A stretch of DNA of 63,844 bases, filler included, from Octopus bimaculoides (lineage: Eukaryota): assembly GCF_001194135.2 (NCBI RefSeq). It is 6 parts of 6 records of this genome, joined end to end, with 100 filler letters (N's around TTAATTAATTAA, not from the genome) between each part and the next. Parts side by side here need not be neighbours in the genome. Positions count along the whole stretch, not along the records: positions 1 to 15,926 come from NC_068984.1; positions 16,027 to 22,610 come from NC_069006.1; positions 22,711 to 40,023 come from NC_068991.1; 3 more parts are not named here. The stretch is one strand, 5' to 3'. Position 1 is the first letter of the stretch. Each line of letters starts with the position of its first letter. A program made the translations under genes and the position numbers. Positions 12,578 to 26,029 of the stretch are shown in pieces. The notes beneath the pieces were generated by a model that was given only the letters and a program-made list of their open reading frames with translations, was not told where the DNA came from and made no database searches.

Positions 12578-13117
12578 GACCTATGCAGCTCATGCATAGA
12601 ATGGTACTATATATACAGATATTTCTTCAGTTCTCTGCAAAGGTTTCCATCCGTTTATTGAAATTCCGTTGTATACGGTGGATGGCGCTGGGATAGCGTT
12701 GTCGGTAGTTACAATAGCAGTTGTTTTTTTTTGTTTGTTTTTTTTCTCTTTTCTATTTTCCTCATTTCTGATATAGTGCAGCTGCTGCCTTTGCTGCTAC
12801 TGCTGCTATTGCAGTTGTATCGGTTTTTTGAACCAACGATAGATGAAATATCGTTTTCGCAGGTTTCAGATATAACATTAAAAATCTTTTGTTTTGGTTT
12901 TTTCCCTATCTTTTTTATAGTTTTCGTTTTCCAACCACACTGCATACAATACACCGTATTGTACGTAACGGAGTTCTTCAGAACTGTATATAGAGGTCTT
13001 CACCGCAAAACAATATAGATGTCTTCCACGCAGAAGGCATAACGCAGTGACTAACATTAGCAAACTGTTGTATTATCTCAGTTGTCCTTTTCAAGGTTAA
13101 AACTTCTATGACGTATA

Positions 13118-13552
13118 AAGGCGAGCTGGCAGAATCGTTAGCACGCAGGGTGAAACGCTTAGCGGTATTTTGTCTACCACTACGTTCTGAGTTCAAATTC
13201 CGCTGAGGTCGACTTTATTTTTCATCATTTCGGGGTCGATAAATTAAGTACCAGTTAGGCACTGGGGGTCGATGTAATCGACTTAATCATTTTGTCTGTC
13301 CTTGTTTGTCCCCTTGTAGGCAGTAAATAAATCAGAAACGTTAGCAGACCGGGCGAAAAGCCTAGCGGTATTTCGTCCGTCTTTACATTCTGAGTTCAAA
13401 TTCCGCCGAGGACGACTTTGCCTATCATCCTTTCGGGGTCGATTAAATAAGTACCAGTTGCGTACTGGGGTCGATATAATCGACTTAACCCATTTATCTG
13501 TCCTTGTTCGTCCCCTCTATGTGTAGCCCCTTGTAGGCAGTAAAGAAATAAG
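13118..13552 (+). mobile_element. Dimeric SINE family B
   Basis: Full monomer followed directly by a second monomer that starts at aaacgttagc and lacks the first ~17 nt of the head. The junction is the same as at 31092-31521. Confidence 0.85.
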
Positions 13553-13912
13553 AAGCTTGCTTCCCAACCACATAGTTCTGGGTTCAGTCCCACTGCGTAG
13601 TATCTTAGGCATGAATCTTCTACGATAGCCTCACACTGACCTAAGCTTTAGGAGTGGATTTGGTAGACGGAAACTGAAAGAAGCGCTCGTACACATATAT
13701 GTGTGTCTGTGTGTGTGTGTGTATTTGTTTCTGTTTGTTCCCCTCCAACGCCTGACAACCGGTGTTCGTGTGTTTACGGCCACGTAAGCTAGCCGCTCGG
13801 CAAACTAGGGTCGATGGAACAAGTACCAGATTCACTCGACTAAAAATTCTCCAAGGTGGTACCCCAGCATGGCCGCGCTCAAATGAGTGAAACAAGTAAA
13901 AGATAAAGTTAA
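13553..13912 (+). mobile_element. SINE family A, 5'-truncated, abutting the B dimer
   Basis: agcttgcttcccaaccac...ccagcatggccgc...gtgaaacaagtaaaagataaag. Confidence 0.85.
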
Positions 13913-13959
13913 TGAAACAGAAGTTGCAATTAAGGTGTGGATCTTTCGCTGACTGGGGA

Positions 13960-14280
13960 GGAGATAACAAAGAAAGAAGGAGCAACAATCGCTGTAGTAC
14001 TAGAAAAGCCAGAAGTTCAAAGACATTCTTTGTAGAGAATGAAATCCACAAGACTATCCTAATTTCGACATAAAATGCACCGTGTTGCATTGCTCAAAGC
14101 CATCGTAACAGGAAGTGTAGAAGGGAAGAGAGGAAAAGGCTGTCGAAGACGTTCATGGACTGACGACATGAAAGACGGGATGGAAACAAAACCTGGCTGA
14201 TTGAATTCGTGCAACACAAAAGAGGAAACTGAATATTCTTGGGAAGCTTCCCCCTGGACACAAGGAGGACACCTGACTAC
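13960..14280 (+). mobile_element. RTE-clade LINE 3' fragment (degenerate)
   Basis: Translation ...LLKAIVTGSVEGKRGKGCRRRSWTDDMK resembles the C-terminal G.VEG.R.RGRPR..W.D motif of RTE ORFs. Confidence 0.6.
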
Positions 14281-14494
14281 GTACGTATATTTCTGCAATG
14301 TATAATTTTTCTATAATGTAGTATTACAATATTATCGGTTGTGTACTTACGAAATGGTGTGTTTGTCATTCGTCGACTTAAAACGATATTTCATTCATCT
14401 ATCTAGTGGCCATAACAAATGATTGCTATTTGAGAAGACTATGTACTTGCTTGGCTATTTAATATTGTAGCATTTCCTACTAACGTTTTTCTTT

Positions 14495-15135
14495 CTTTCT
14501 TTACTTTAACCCTCCAACGCGGAGTGTAGGCCACTTATAATTGAATTCCATGTCGCATAATTTTTCGCTTCTGTACTTATACTCTGCCATGAATATCCCC
14601 CTTTCTCTAGTTCCTTTTGTGTTGATCTACGCCACGAGTTCTTAGGCCTACTTTTCTTTCTGTATTCATCCAGATTCCACTGTAAAGCACTTTTCGCTAC
14701 ATTTGGTGTGTCTTTTCTAATTGTGATACCAATCCTCTTCCACTTTTTCTTAAATATTTGCTCCCTAATCGAAACTTGATTTGTTCTTTGCCATAGCTCC
14801 ATATCTCTTATGTGTTCGGGCCATCTAATTTTAAGTATACTACGCAAGCATCTGTTGATGAATGATTGTATTTGCTTATTTGACTTAACTGTTGTTCGCC
14901 ATGTCTCAGCCCCATACAATAACACCGCTTTTACGTTAGTGTTAAACATTCTTATTTTGTTCTTTATTGAAATTACACTTGCGCTCCATACTTATTTTCA
15001 CAGGTGAAAAGCGGTCGTTGCCTTACTTATTCGCGTCTTAATATCTTCGTCGGTGCCGCCTGAGAACGTTATCTTACTACCTAGATACGTAAACTCGGCT
15101 ACGTCCTCTAGTTCACCGGTTTCTAGTTTAATACG
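14495..15135 (-). mobile_element. RTE-clade LINE 3' fragment (end of RT plus C-terminal domain)
   Basis: LEDVAEFTYLGSKI...DEDIKTRISKATTAF, a stop, then MFNTNVKAVLLYGAETW...RCLRSILKIRWP...RPKNSWRRS. This is a typical RTE C-terminus. Confidence 0.9.
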
Positions 15136-15721
15136 TAGGAAAGATCCACACCTACTAACGTTACCAACCAATAATATTGTAGCTGCCTTTCATCTTTTCA
15201 GGATCAACAAAATATAATACCTGTCAAGAACTGAAGTTGATATATTCTACTATTCTCTTACCTCGAAATTAATTGCATCCGCATAAATTATCAAAATACA
15301 AGACTTGGAGGCTCGAAACCGTGGTTTGATGAATGAAATAATTTCTGTATTTTCGTTACAGCACATAATGTTCAAATTACAAACCCTACCAATGTATCTA
15401 ATTCAGGTTTATTTTCTTCTTCATCCTATAAAATCACGTAGGAATCAAATAATGAGATCGATGAAAATGACCATATACCTCACAAATAATTGTATATCGT
15501 TAAGTCGATATTAGAAATCAATACTTTTTTTGTAGTTTGTGTTGACGATAAATTATGGCTTATCACATCTATATCGTTTTTTAAATGCTTCAATACTTAC
15601 ATATAACCAGTTCATTTTATTTGTTTGCCTAAAATGTTAGACTTTTCATTGGAACCAACCACATAGATATTGACATATTGAGAAATCGCCATTGTTGGTC
15701 CTGTTATTCATAAAATTTAGT

Positions 15722-15740
15722 TTTCTTCTTCTTCTTCTTC

Positions 15741-15807
<67 letters not shown>

Positions 15808-15844
15808 TATTATTATTATTGTTATTATTATTATTATTATTATT
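15722..15844. repeat. Compound (CTT)(ATT)(CAT)(ATT) trinucleotide tract at the 3' flank of the Dong-like element
   Basis: Directly visible. Confidence 0.97.
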
Positions 15845-18800
15845 CAGTAGTTTTATTTTTATAACGTGCTTTCACTTCACTACCGAGCGCAGCTCTGTGC
15901 GCCTTGGGTATGTGCTGTGGTTTGCTNNNNNNNNNNNNNNNNNNNNNNNNNNNNNNNNNNNNNNNNNNNNTTAATTAATTAANNNNNNNNNNNNNNNNNN
16001 NNNNNNNNNNNNNNNNNNNNNNNNNNGGGTACCATATATTTGGTTTTGTACATAGTGTTGTTCTAGAGAATGTTTAAAAAGACAAGAAAATTATGTGTTT
16101 GTTTTAAAATTTGAGATCACATAGACAATATTTTACGTAGGATATGGGCAGTTCCCATGAACACTATCTTTTGAATTTCTACCATTTTGTGGGTTCCTGG
16201 TATCTGAGCTAGGTAGCAATCAGCCCCTTTTGCTATCATTCCTAGTGCACCTATGACAACAGGTATTGTTTTAATCTTCAGTTTCCACATTTTGCTAATT
16301 TCTATTTCAAGATCTTTATACTTGCTCAGTTTTTGGTACGCCTTGATAGATACGTTTATATCGATTGGGACAGTCATATCAATGAGGAGGCATGATTTTT
16401 GCCTGAAGTCATTCAATATAATATCTGGCTTATTCGCATCTATCTTTCTGTCAGTTTGAATGGTGAAGTTCCAGAGGAGTGAGATGTGATCATTTTCAAG
16501 CACTAGATGCGGTTTGTGTTCCCACCAGTTTTTATCGTGGGGCAGGTTCAGGTTTTTGCAAATTACCCACTGAATATATCGTGCAGCTCTATCATGCCTG
16601 TTGAGATACTCTGTAGGCGCAAGCAGACTGCACATGGGGACAACATGATCGATGGTCTCATTTTGTTGTTGGCATATACGACATAATGGGGAGCTGCCGT
16701 TCTTTAATATGTTAACCTGGTAGTTCCTTGTAGGTAAGCATTGATCTTGGGCTGCTATGATAAACCCTTCTGTTTCTGATTTTAAGCCAGAAGACACTAA
16801 GTATTGATGGGTAAGGGCTCTATCAACATCGGCATTATTCGCTCTCTTTGGGTATTTGCCATTGAGAGGTTTTTCTTGCCATTTATCTGTAAGAATATCT
16901 ACGACAACAGTTTCAGCATGGGTTTTCATATGCTTAGCTTTTTCTGTACTTGTTTCCAGTACATCTAATTCTGTTGTATTTGGAATTCACTCAGATATTT
17001 CTTTACCTGTTTTGTTACTGAGTATGATGCTTTCTTGTTTTCATGTTTTGAGACGAGTTTTAACATCCAATCACCAGAGTTTTTCAGGTAGGTGTTTAGG
17101 TTAATTACAGCAATCTTCATTGTTAATTCCAGTTGTAAAAGTCCACGGCCACCCTCTTTTCTTGGCAGGTTAAGTCGTTCTATAGATGCCTTAGGGTGGT
17201 GCATTCTATGCATTGTCAATAATTTTCATATTTTTCTGTCAAGATTACAGATTTCAGTAATTGACCTATTAACGATATTGAAACTGTAACTAACAACCGG
17301 TATGACTAAAGTATTGATCGCTTCGATTATGTTTCTTGCATTCAGCTCTGTCTTGAGAATTGCCCTTACCCTGCGAGAACATTTTCTTCTGATCCTTTCT
17401 CTCATCATTGAATATCTGATTCCATCACTTTCAAATACCCCTAGGTATTTGTAGCTCTCCGCCGGTTCTAACACCTTTATGACATTCTGCTGGTCAGGAT
17501 TAATGTTGGATGTTTCTGTCATTTTTCCTTTGATAAAGGTAGCTTTTTCACACTTATCTAATCCAAATTCTATCTTGATGTCATCACTGAATTGATTAAC
17601 AATCACGAGTAAGCCCTGTAGTTGTTGGTCATTTTTTTTTTTTGCAAAGAGATTCAAATCATCCATGTAAATGAGATGATTTATATTTTTATCAAACATC
17701 TTATAGCTGTATTGTACATCATGGAACAATTTCGAGAGAAGTATTAAGGCTAGACAAAAGAAAAGTGGTGATAGAGAGTCACCCTGGAAAATTCCACATG
17801 AAATTCTTACATTTCCAGCATTCAGAGATTTATTGTCACTGTTCAAAGTCAGTGTGGTTCTCCATGATCTCATGCTTACAAACAAGAAGTTTCGCAGAGT
17901 AGGTGCTATTTTATACATTTCCAGACATTTCTTAATCCAGCTATGTGGTAGACTATGAAAAGCTTTTTTTATAGTCTATCCAGGCTATTGACAAGTTTTT
18001 GTTTTGTTTGTGACAATCTTCTAAAATCATCTTATCGATGAGTAGCTGATCTTTACAACCATAGGACCCAAGTTTACACCCTTTTTGCTCATTGGGGAAT
18101 ATATGTCACTTTCTATTAAAAAAAACTATAGGTATATTCAGTCAAGACAGACGTTAGTATTTTATACTTTGTTTTAAAGCAGGTTAAGGGTCGATAATTT
18201 TTTTGGTTCATTTGTTTCTTCATTTTTTTGGAAGTAGAAATGTAACACCATTAAAGTTGTGTTAGAAGTTCATGGCTCTCTGGAAAGGCATTCAACCAGA
18301 AGTTAGGAATTTTATCCTTTCCTGGAGACTTCCATTTTCTTGACTTCCTGAGAGCAGATCTTACATCCTCTGTCTCGATACCCTCCCGCTTCTGCTCTTC
18401 TAAGGTGTTTAAGTCTATCAATGTAAGGGGCCCTTTTATTATGCCCAAATTTTATTCCAAACTTCCTGCACTTCTTTTGATGGGACAGACTTTTCTGTAA
18501 ATGGTATTTTCCCTATCTCCCTGTGAAAATTGTTTGGGTTATATTTGAACATGTTGCTGTCCTTGAAGAACCTAACGCGCTTTTCATCCCTTGCTAAGCG
18601 GGCAGCTTTAGCACATACCGTTTGATTGATAGTTTCTATGATGGTATCGATGTCAAATATGATTTTCATATATTATTTCTTTAATTTTCATATTTTTGCT
18701 GGTTTGATACTCTTGCCAAACTTAAGGTTTTTTAAACATTCTATGTCAGACCTAATTAGCTGAATTTGGTGTTGAATACGCTCTTGTCACGTAGGCTTTT

Positions 18801-19157
18801 TGTGGGAATGTTGTCTTCTAATCTTTTCACCACATAGAATCGTTGAGATTTTCGCGGATGCATAGTACAGGTAGTTGAGATCTGTAACATCAATATCAGT
18901 AACTGAAATTATATCCTTAAGTGCAAGGCGGATTTTACCAATTATTTTCAGATTTTGGTTAGAATTGCGAATCTTTGGGAGAGCGTCACGTCCATTCATA
19001 CTGGTTTCTTTAATTTTCAGCCATTCAATCATGATTTGATTTTTTAGATCATGTAGTTCAGTTGGGTCAATTTCTGTGTGACTTCCTTCGTCTATTTGAC
19101 TTTCATCTGTCTTAGTTGTTTATGGTTGGTACAGAGAGTGTTTCATTTTGCTTTTCA
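15845..19157 (-). mobile_element. R4/Dong-clade non-LTR retrotransposon (RT plus restriction-like endonuclease), 5'-truncated and frameshifted
   Basis: ORF pieces show KSPGKDKIPNFW, GIFQGDSLSPLFF, YMDD, FGLDKC, YKYLG, a CCHC knuckle (CRICQQQNETIDHVVPMC), RHD, a REL motif (KPDIILND...LLIDMTVP) and PVVIGALG. The 3' UTR ends aataaaactactg followed by (AAT)n. A 100-bp placeholder gap lies in the 3' UTR. Confidence 0.92.
15927..16025. other. Assembly placeholder gap with a TTAATTAATTAA linker (also at 22655, 40068, 56475 and 61959)
   Basis: The same 12-mer is embedded between runs of about 44 N; it gives a stop codon in all six frames. Confidence 0.95.

Positions 19158-19219
<62 letters not shown>
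19158..19219. repeat. (TAT)n tract at the 5' flank of the Dong-like element
   Basis: Directly visible. Confidence 0.98.
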
Positions 19220-19220
<1 letters not shown>

Positions 19221-20933
19221 GACAGAATCGAGTCCTCCATTCGTATTCATATAGCTACATTTTTACTGCATTATAAGATTTATTTCTGTGAATTATTTAA
19301 TAATAAGCTTTTTGTTTATTTACTTATTGTTATTTTTCTTCCTTTTTTAGACATCCTTTCTTGCAACTCATGAACAGATATAATTAATCTCATGCATAAT
19401 TTTTCTCGGTATTGTATATTAAAAAAGTAATTATCGACTGATTATTTCAAATTGCATCTTTCGTGCTTCTTGTATTAAATATTGACATTAATTTAACTGC
19501 TATTTTTTTTCCGAGTAGAAGCCGTCTCTAAATAATTAGCCTGAGTGATTCATGTTATAATTATCTTTTAATTGCTACTTCTACTTGTTTATGCGTAGCT
19601 TGAGTCAAGTGTTCAAGCTGATCCATCACCATCAATAACCAGTCGATAATTACTTTAAATCCTCTAGTTTCTTTATTGCGACTGTTACGTTCACACGCAC
19701 ACGCACACATACCCCCTACACACACACACACACTCATTTATATATCAAGAGCAATAAAACATTTATTTAAGAACATTTCTATAGAGTTCTTTTTGAGATA
19801 GAAACTGTTAAGAAGCCTATAACTTGTATTGTCTAAAAACAAAAAAACATTTTTCTTTTTCTGCTTCTTTCTTTTTTCTCTCTTTTTTTTTTCGTTTAAA
19901 TATTTCGCTTAGGCATTTCGAAAGTAATAAGCTGGTATCGAACTCAATATACGTATGTTTCAGAAAGAGGTGTTAAACAAATATGACGCGGTAACAAGAA
20001 AATAAGACGATAAATGAATAAATAATTATCATATGAAGTTCATTAACTTCATTAGCTATGGAGTTCGTAAGATAATCATTTGTCATCTCAATTTTGTTTT
20101 TTATTTTCTTCTATTCTTGTCTTCTATTCATCTCTTGACCGCTTAATTCAAACCATTGTTTTGTTTCGTTTTATTTTGCCTGTAATAAGCAAATGTAATC
20201 ATGTAAACACGCCCGACTCGATACAGATTATAAAATATTTATAAAGAATAAAAAGTTTTGAATGGTACAACAATGCACTATAATACAAAAAATGGACTAT
20301 ATACCTGTTGTAATTTAGTTATCTGTAGTCCGATGATATTTCGGAATACAATTCCTTCTTCAGATATTTTTAGATGGAGTCTCTGCTATAAACGTTTTTA
20401 TAATTCGAGTATCCACATCAATTGGATTTCATGCATAATTCTAAAGAATCGAATTCGGCAAGAACCAACAGTTGTATAAGTGATGATAGTCTCTCGTAGT
20501 ACGAGAAAGACGGTTCTAAAATTTCTTGGTGAACAACCTTCACAAATGATTTGCTTATAGTGTATGTACACTCTCTCCATTAAATTGACTTTACCTGAGC
20601 AGATGCACGGTGTACTCTACACGGCAGGTGCCGAAGTGATCGAAGAGCAACGTGCGATGAAGTGTTTCGCTCAAGAACAAAGCGCACCACTCGGTCCAGG
20701 AATAGAAACCAGGATCCCCACGATCATGGATGCAACACCCTAACTACTAGGCCGCGCGCCCTTACATATATTATAGCACACTGGCAATATTCACAAGATT
20801 CAATCACGATGAAACAATTGTAAATAAATGCAATAAAAAGGCTTGCACATTCCATGCTTCGTGTTTCTAATTATGTATATATGTATGTATATATGTATAT
20901 AGACACATGCATATACATATATGTAAGTATATA

Positions 20934-20997
<64 letters not shown>

Positions 20998-22902
20998 TAA
21001 ATATACATACAAACACACATGTACGCATGGTTGTTAAGGACACGACCATTCACAGTCGCCCAAGGTAGTGGTCAATGTGCATTCAATTCCATACAACTTC
21101 GCTTCCGTTATTCTTCGGATGACAATTCCCAGCAATATGCAACAATTCCGTTTCTTGTTAACTTGTCGAACGCAATTCTTCCTTGGCATATCAACTAACA
21201 TTTTCTTTCTAGTTATTCTGCAATAAAAATCAAAGCTTTGCCTTTTTCTCCCGCTAGCTTCTGTGTTTTTTTATTTTATTTTTTGTTATTTTTTTCCTTT
21301 TGTTTTTCTTTTGCATTTTTGTTGCTGCAACACTTTATATTTGATTCTTTGCTACGTTTTTTTTATACCAATATTGTTATTCCTTTTATGGAATTCTGCC
21401 ATTCTAATGAGGCATTTACTTTATCATTGTCGTTTGCAATATAATCTCTCAGTTTTGAGGTTTTCACTCTTGATTTTGTTATAAATTTTGGATTTTTCTA
21501 CCTTTAGATTTATTCGAGGAAGATTCTTTTTCATCTTTCATTTTTCCATCATTGAACCTATACTTTATGTATACTTTTAAAATTCTTTTTTCCACTCTGA
21601 CAAGAAAGGTTTGGGGTTCATACACCCAACCAAATTATGATAATCATTCAACTATAGGCAAAAAGGCAGATGGTCGAATATATTGACCCTAGTACTTATC
21701 AGGTGCTTATTTCATCAATTCTGAAAGGATGGAAGACAAAGTGGACTGCAACGAAATTTGAGCTCAGAACGTAAAGGTGAAATAAATGCCGCTAAGCATT
21801 TTGTCCGGCGTGATAAGGACTCTTCTTACACGCCATCTTCAACTAAAAAAAAATTTTAATAAGTACTGGAATCAATCCCTTCGACCAAACACTTCATGGT
21901 AGTGCCCCAGCACGGCTGCAATCCACTGATTGAAACAACTGAAATGTACGTAGGCCTATACTCTGAAGACTAATATTCCACGGGTAAATACTTAGACAAT
22001 ACCCTCGGCGAACCAAGCAGATGTTACCTTGCTACAGCTACATCGGCTGAGCAGTTGTCATTTTAGTTGATAGTCAGACCCTGAGCAATCCTTGCTTTCA
22101 GCCAACCAGCAACATTCTATCAAACACCATCCTGGGTTTTTTTCTTATATATCAAAGACTGCATTATTTGACATCTACATCTTTCTTTTTTAAACAATAG
22201 AATGTAATTTGAGAGAGATTTGCCTGCTTTTTCATAAAATACATTCCAGCAAATGTTAAATGTACATTGTCGAGCATTTTTCGCTGAAAGATTATATATT
22301 CCAGATATGGTGTTTGAAAAGAAGATAATTTGATAGTCGGCACAATGATCCTGTTTGTGTTAACTACGGAATAATAAAAGAAATAATTTTCAAATCATCT
22401 TCTTCGTATATAGGTGGATGTGTGTGCGTGTACGCACACACACACACAAATATGCATATACTCATATACATATTGTTCGTTAAACATATATATTTATATA
22501 CATACATGAACACGCAGATTTATATATATATATATATATACAAATATATGTATGTGTATATATATATATACAAATATATGTATGTGTATATATATATATA
22601 TATATATATANNNNNNNNNNNNNNNNNNNNNNNNNNNNNNNNNNNNNNNNNNNNTTAATTAATTAANNNNNNNNNNNNNNNNNNNNNNNNNNNNNNNNNN
22701 NNNNNNNNNNATAGGTGGTATTCATCAACTTGCAGACATTTTATTGTGCCAATTTACCTGTTTATTTGTTAACTAAGAGGACAATAATAACAATATACAA
22801 ACACATGCGACATATTATGTCGTATCAGTAATTAAAAAAGGACATCTAGTGACTGAAAATGGGACAAAGAGTGGGTTGGATTCACAACCCCTAACTTTCT
22901 TG

Positions 22903-22947
<45 letters not shown>

Positions 22948-23043
22948 TGGATTGGTGCATACATACATAGATACATACACACACGCGCACGCGCGCACGC
23001 ACACACACACACACACATACACACACATACACACACACATATA

Positions 23044-23291
23044 TTGGGTTGCTACATAATTATTGCCGCATTTTCAACAAATTTTATTCAACAAAAACAA
23101 TAACAACATGTGACAAAAACATCTTTAAATGATTATTTCGGATCATATTCACTATCTACTTCAATTACTGCTTCCCATTTGCTTGGCAAACGGTCATACG
23201 GTCATCTAAAGATGTTTTTGTCAAATATTGTTACTGTTTTTGTTGAATAAAGTTTGATGAAAAAAGCTGAAATAATTATGCACCACCCCAA
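23044..23291. mobile_element. Mariner-type MITE with ~90-bp imperfect terminal inverted repeats and TA flanks
   Basis: Left arm ttgggttgctacataattattgccgc...tgacaaaaacatctttaaatga pairs with right arm tcatctaaagatgtttttgtca...aataattatgcaccaccccaa. TA at 23042-43 and 23292-93. Confidence 0.85.
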
Positions 23292-23989
23292 TATATATAT
23301 ATATGTATATATTTATGTGTGTATGTTTGTGTCTGCGTTTGTCCCCCCACCACCATCACTTGACAAATGATGTTGGTGTATTTACGTTCCCGTAACTTAG
23401 CGGTTCGGTAGAGGTGGGCGATAGAATAAGTACTAGGCTTACAAAGAATAAGTACCGGAGTCGATTTCTTCGACTAAAAGGTGGTGCTACAACATGGCCA
23501 CAGTCAAGCAAGTAAAAGAGTAAAAGAGAAAGAGTACTTCTTGCTGTACACTTATTAAAATATTTTGAATAAAATAGGAAATAATAATGAAAAGAAAATA
23601 CTGTATTTACCCGAGGTGCGTATAAGATACACGGGTTTAGAGATAAGTCCACAACAAAGAATAAGTGAGCTGGAGCCAGAAGATTCGTAACACGGGGACT
23701 CTCTATGACCACCATTAGACAAATTGAAGCGAATATGTAGAAACCTTAAATTTTTGCTTGATGAATATAGATAAGGCAATTTATTTCCTGCAAACAAACA
23801 CTACTTTCCACTAGGATGTCCTCAGAGAGGTTCTGCGAAATACACTTAATTGTTATTATGTTACACAATTTTGTGTTGTCAGACAAAAAAGAAAAAAAGA
23901 GGATGCACATATATCCTCAGTTTTCTTAAGAAAATGAAAGTGTTATATGTACGTATGTATGTATGTATGTATGTATGTATGTATGTATG

Positions 23990-24050
<61 letters not shown>

Positions 24051-25444
24051 GTTTGTCTGTCTGCCTATCTATCTACCTATCTGTCTATACATACATGATA
24101 ATTACTTGATAATTAATCGATATTAATTGATATATGATTAATTACCAGATTTTATAATAATATTTTACCCATTACCCATGTTCTCATACTGAATATATAC
24201 GACGCAGTAAATATTTTCTGCAGATATATTCCTGGAATTAGCGCGCCAAAACGAAGACTTTTGAATTTTACCATTAAGCTGTAATTAGCAGAACCATATA
24301 CACGCGCACCCATGGCGGTGGGCAACTCTGTATACGATTCTGATGATTGCGGTTACATTACAAATCAGGCTGAAGAGGAATGGACAATCGGAAAGATTGT
24401 TAAATCCGAAACCGGTACCTGTTTAAGAATGCTTTTTTATGTGATTTTAAATGTCTTGCCAGCTCACGTTTTGGTATGCTGCTATATTTCATGTTGAGAA
24501 CAATTTAGGTCTTAATAGACACAAGATGTGATCTATTTCTAGCACATTAATTGTCCACGTTAGTGGTCAACGTTATTTTTTTAGAAATGTACATACATGT
24601 ATACATACATACATACATACATACACATGTACATACATACAAGTAAAAATATCATGCTGTTGATGTTGAAGTTCCAATGTAGGAGCCTTGGATATAGGTT
24701 AGAAACCGGCCCTTTCTTTATTGGCAAGAAATCTTGAAATAAAACTGCATAAAGACATACATACATACATCTTTCATCTTTTACCGATTTCGGTCATTAG
24801 ACGGCGGCCATGCTGGGGCACCACCATCACGAATCTTTAGTCGATGACCCAATACTTGGCGTTTTAAAATCCTGGTACTTATTCTATCGTTTCCTTTTGC
24901 CGAATTGCTAAATTGCGGGAACTACAACTAGCCATTGTCCACTGTGGTCGTAGTTTAACCTCAAGCTATTTTTAGAAAGGATTCCAAAAGACACTTGCTG
25001 ACAAACACAAACACACAAAATCATGTTGCTATCTCAGTCTGTAAGTAACTTTCCATCCATTAGGATGTGAACGAATATTCGTTAATTTTTGCCCTGAAGA
25101 GATTTTTACCTTTTAAATGCATAATGCAGTTTTAATTGCAGAATATGAACGAAAGTAAGAGATTGAAATGTACGTAGGCGATATGAAATTGACTATTATA
25201 CCAATAAATTGATTTTTTTCTGTGTTCAAAGTTTCCATTTTCTTTATATTATATTTTTTTAATTCCGTTCTCTTATACTGAATGGATGAAAACATCTATA
25301 ACGACAATTAGAACTTCATAAATGTCAAAACTAATAATAACACAAATTAATGAAATCAAAAATGTTAATGGAGCTAAACCGGTGTACTCTTGGATAAAAT
25401 TCATCCCTGTGAAAGAGCCACCTCTTTCCATTCAAAACTTCATA

Positions 25445-25925
25445 TATATACGGATACAGACTGTGTGTCGTTAGCCAGCTGGAAAAGATGTTTTCCTGGG
25501 GCTAAAGCAAAAGTAACATTGTCCTTTGCAGGATTGCCACGTTATGTTGGCATATAAACATTATTATCCGGTGCTGTTACTGTATCTCTCTCGCTCAGAG
25601 ATTTAAAACATGTTGCTTTTCTCGATACGAAATCAGCGTCAGTGTGTTGCTGAAAGAATATATAGTATTTGTGGGTGAAGATAGCTTTCGTCACTAGCTG
25701 GTGGTTGTCTCACACTGAGGTCAGATAACATCCAAAAAGCTAGGTCTGTGAATATCACCTAAGGCTAGAAATGGGAGTGATAACCTCCCTTGCAAATGCT
25801 ATATACGGACACAGACTGTGTGTCGTTAGCCAGCCGGAAAAGATGTTTTCCTGGGGCTAAAACAACAGTAACATCATCCTTTACAGGACTGCCACGTTAT
25901 GTTGGCATATAAGCATTACTATATA
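25445..25925. repeat. Dispersed ~120-bp direct repeat (25445-25570 and 25800-25925)
   Basis: Both copies read atatacgga.acagactgtgtgtcgttagccagc.ggaaaagatgttttcctggggctaaa...gccacgttatgttgg.catataa.catta.tat. Confidence 0.9.
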
Positions 25926-26029
25926 TATGTATATACATATTTAAGTATGAGTGTGTGTACATATACGTGTATGCATACACACATACATTCACACACAGAC
26001 ACATATATATTTATGTATCTTTCACGCCA

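Noticed and set aside
15971-15982. Recurrent TTAATTAATTAA 12-mer (five occurrences) as a biological motif
   Set aside because: Always centred in ~44+44 N runs totalling ~100 bp; an assembly gap placeholder.
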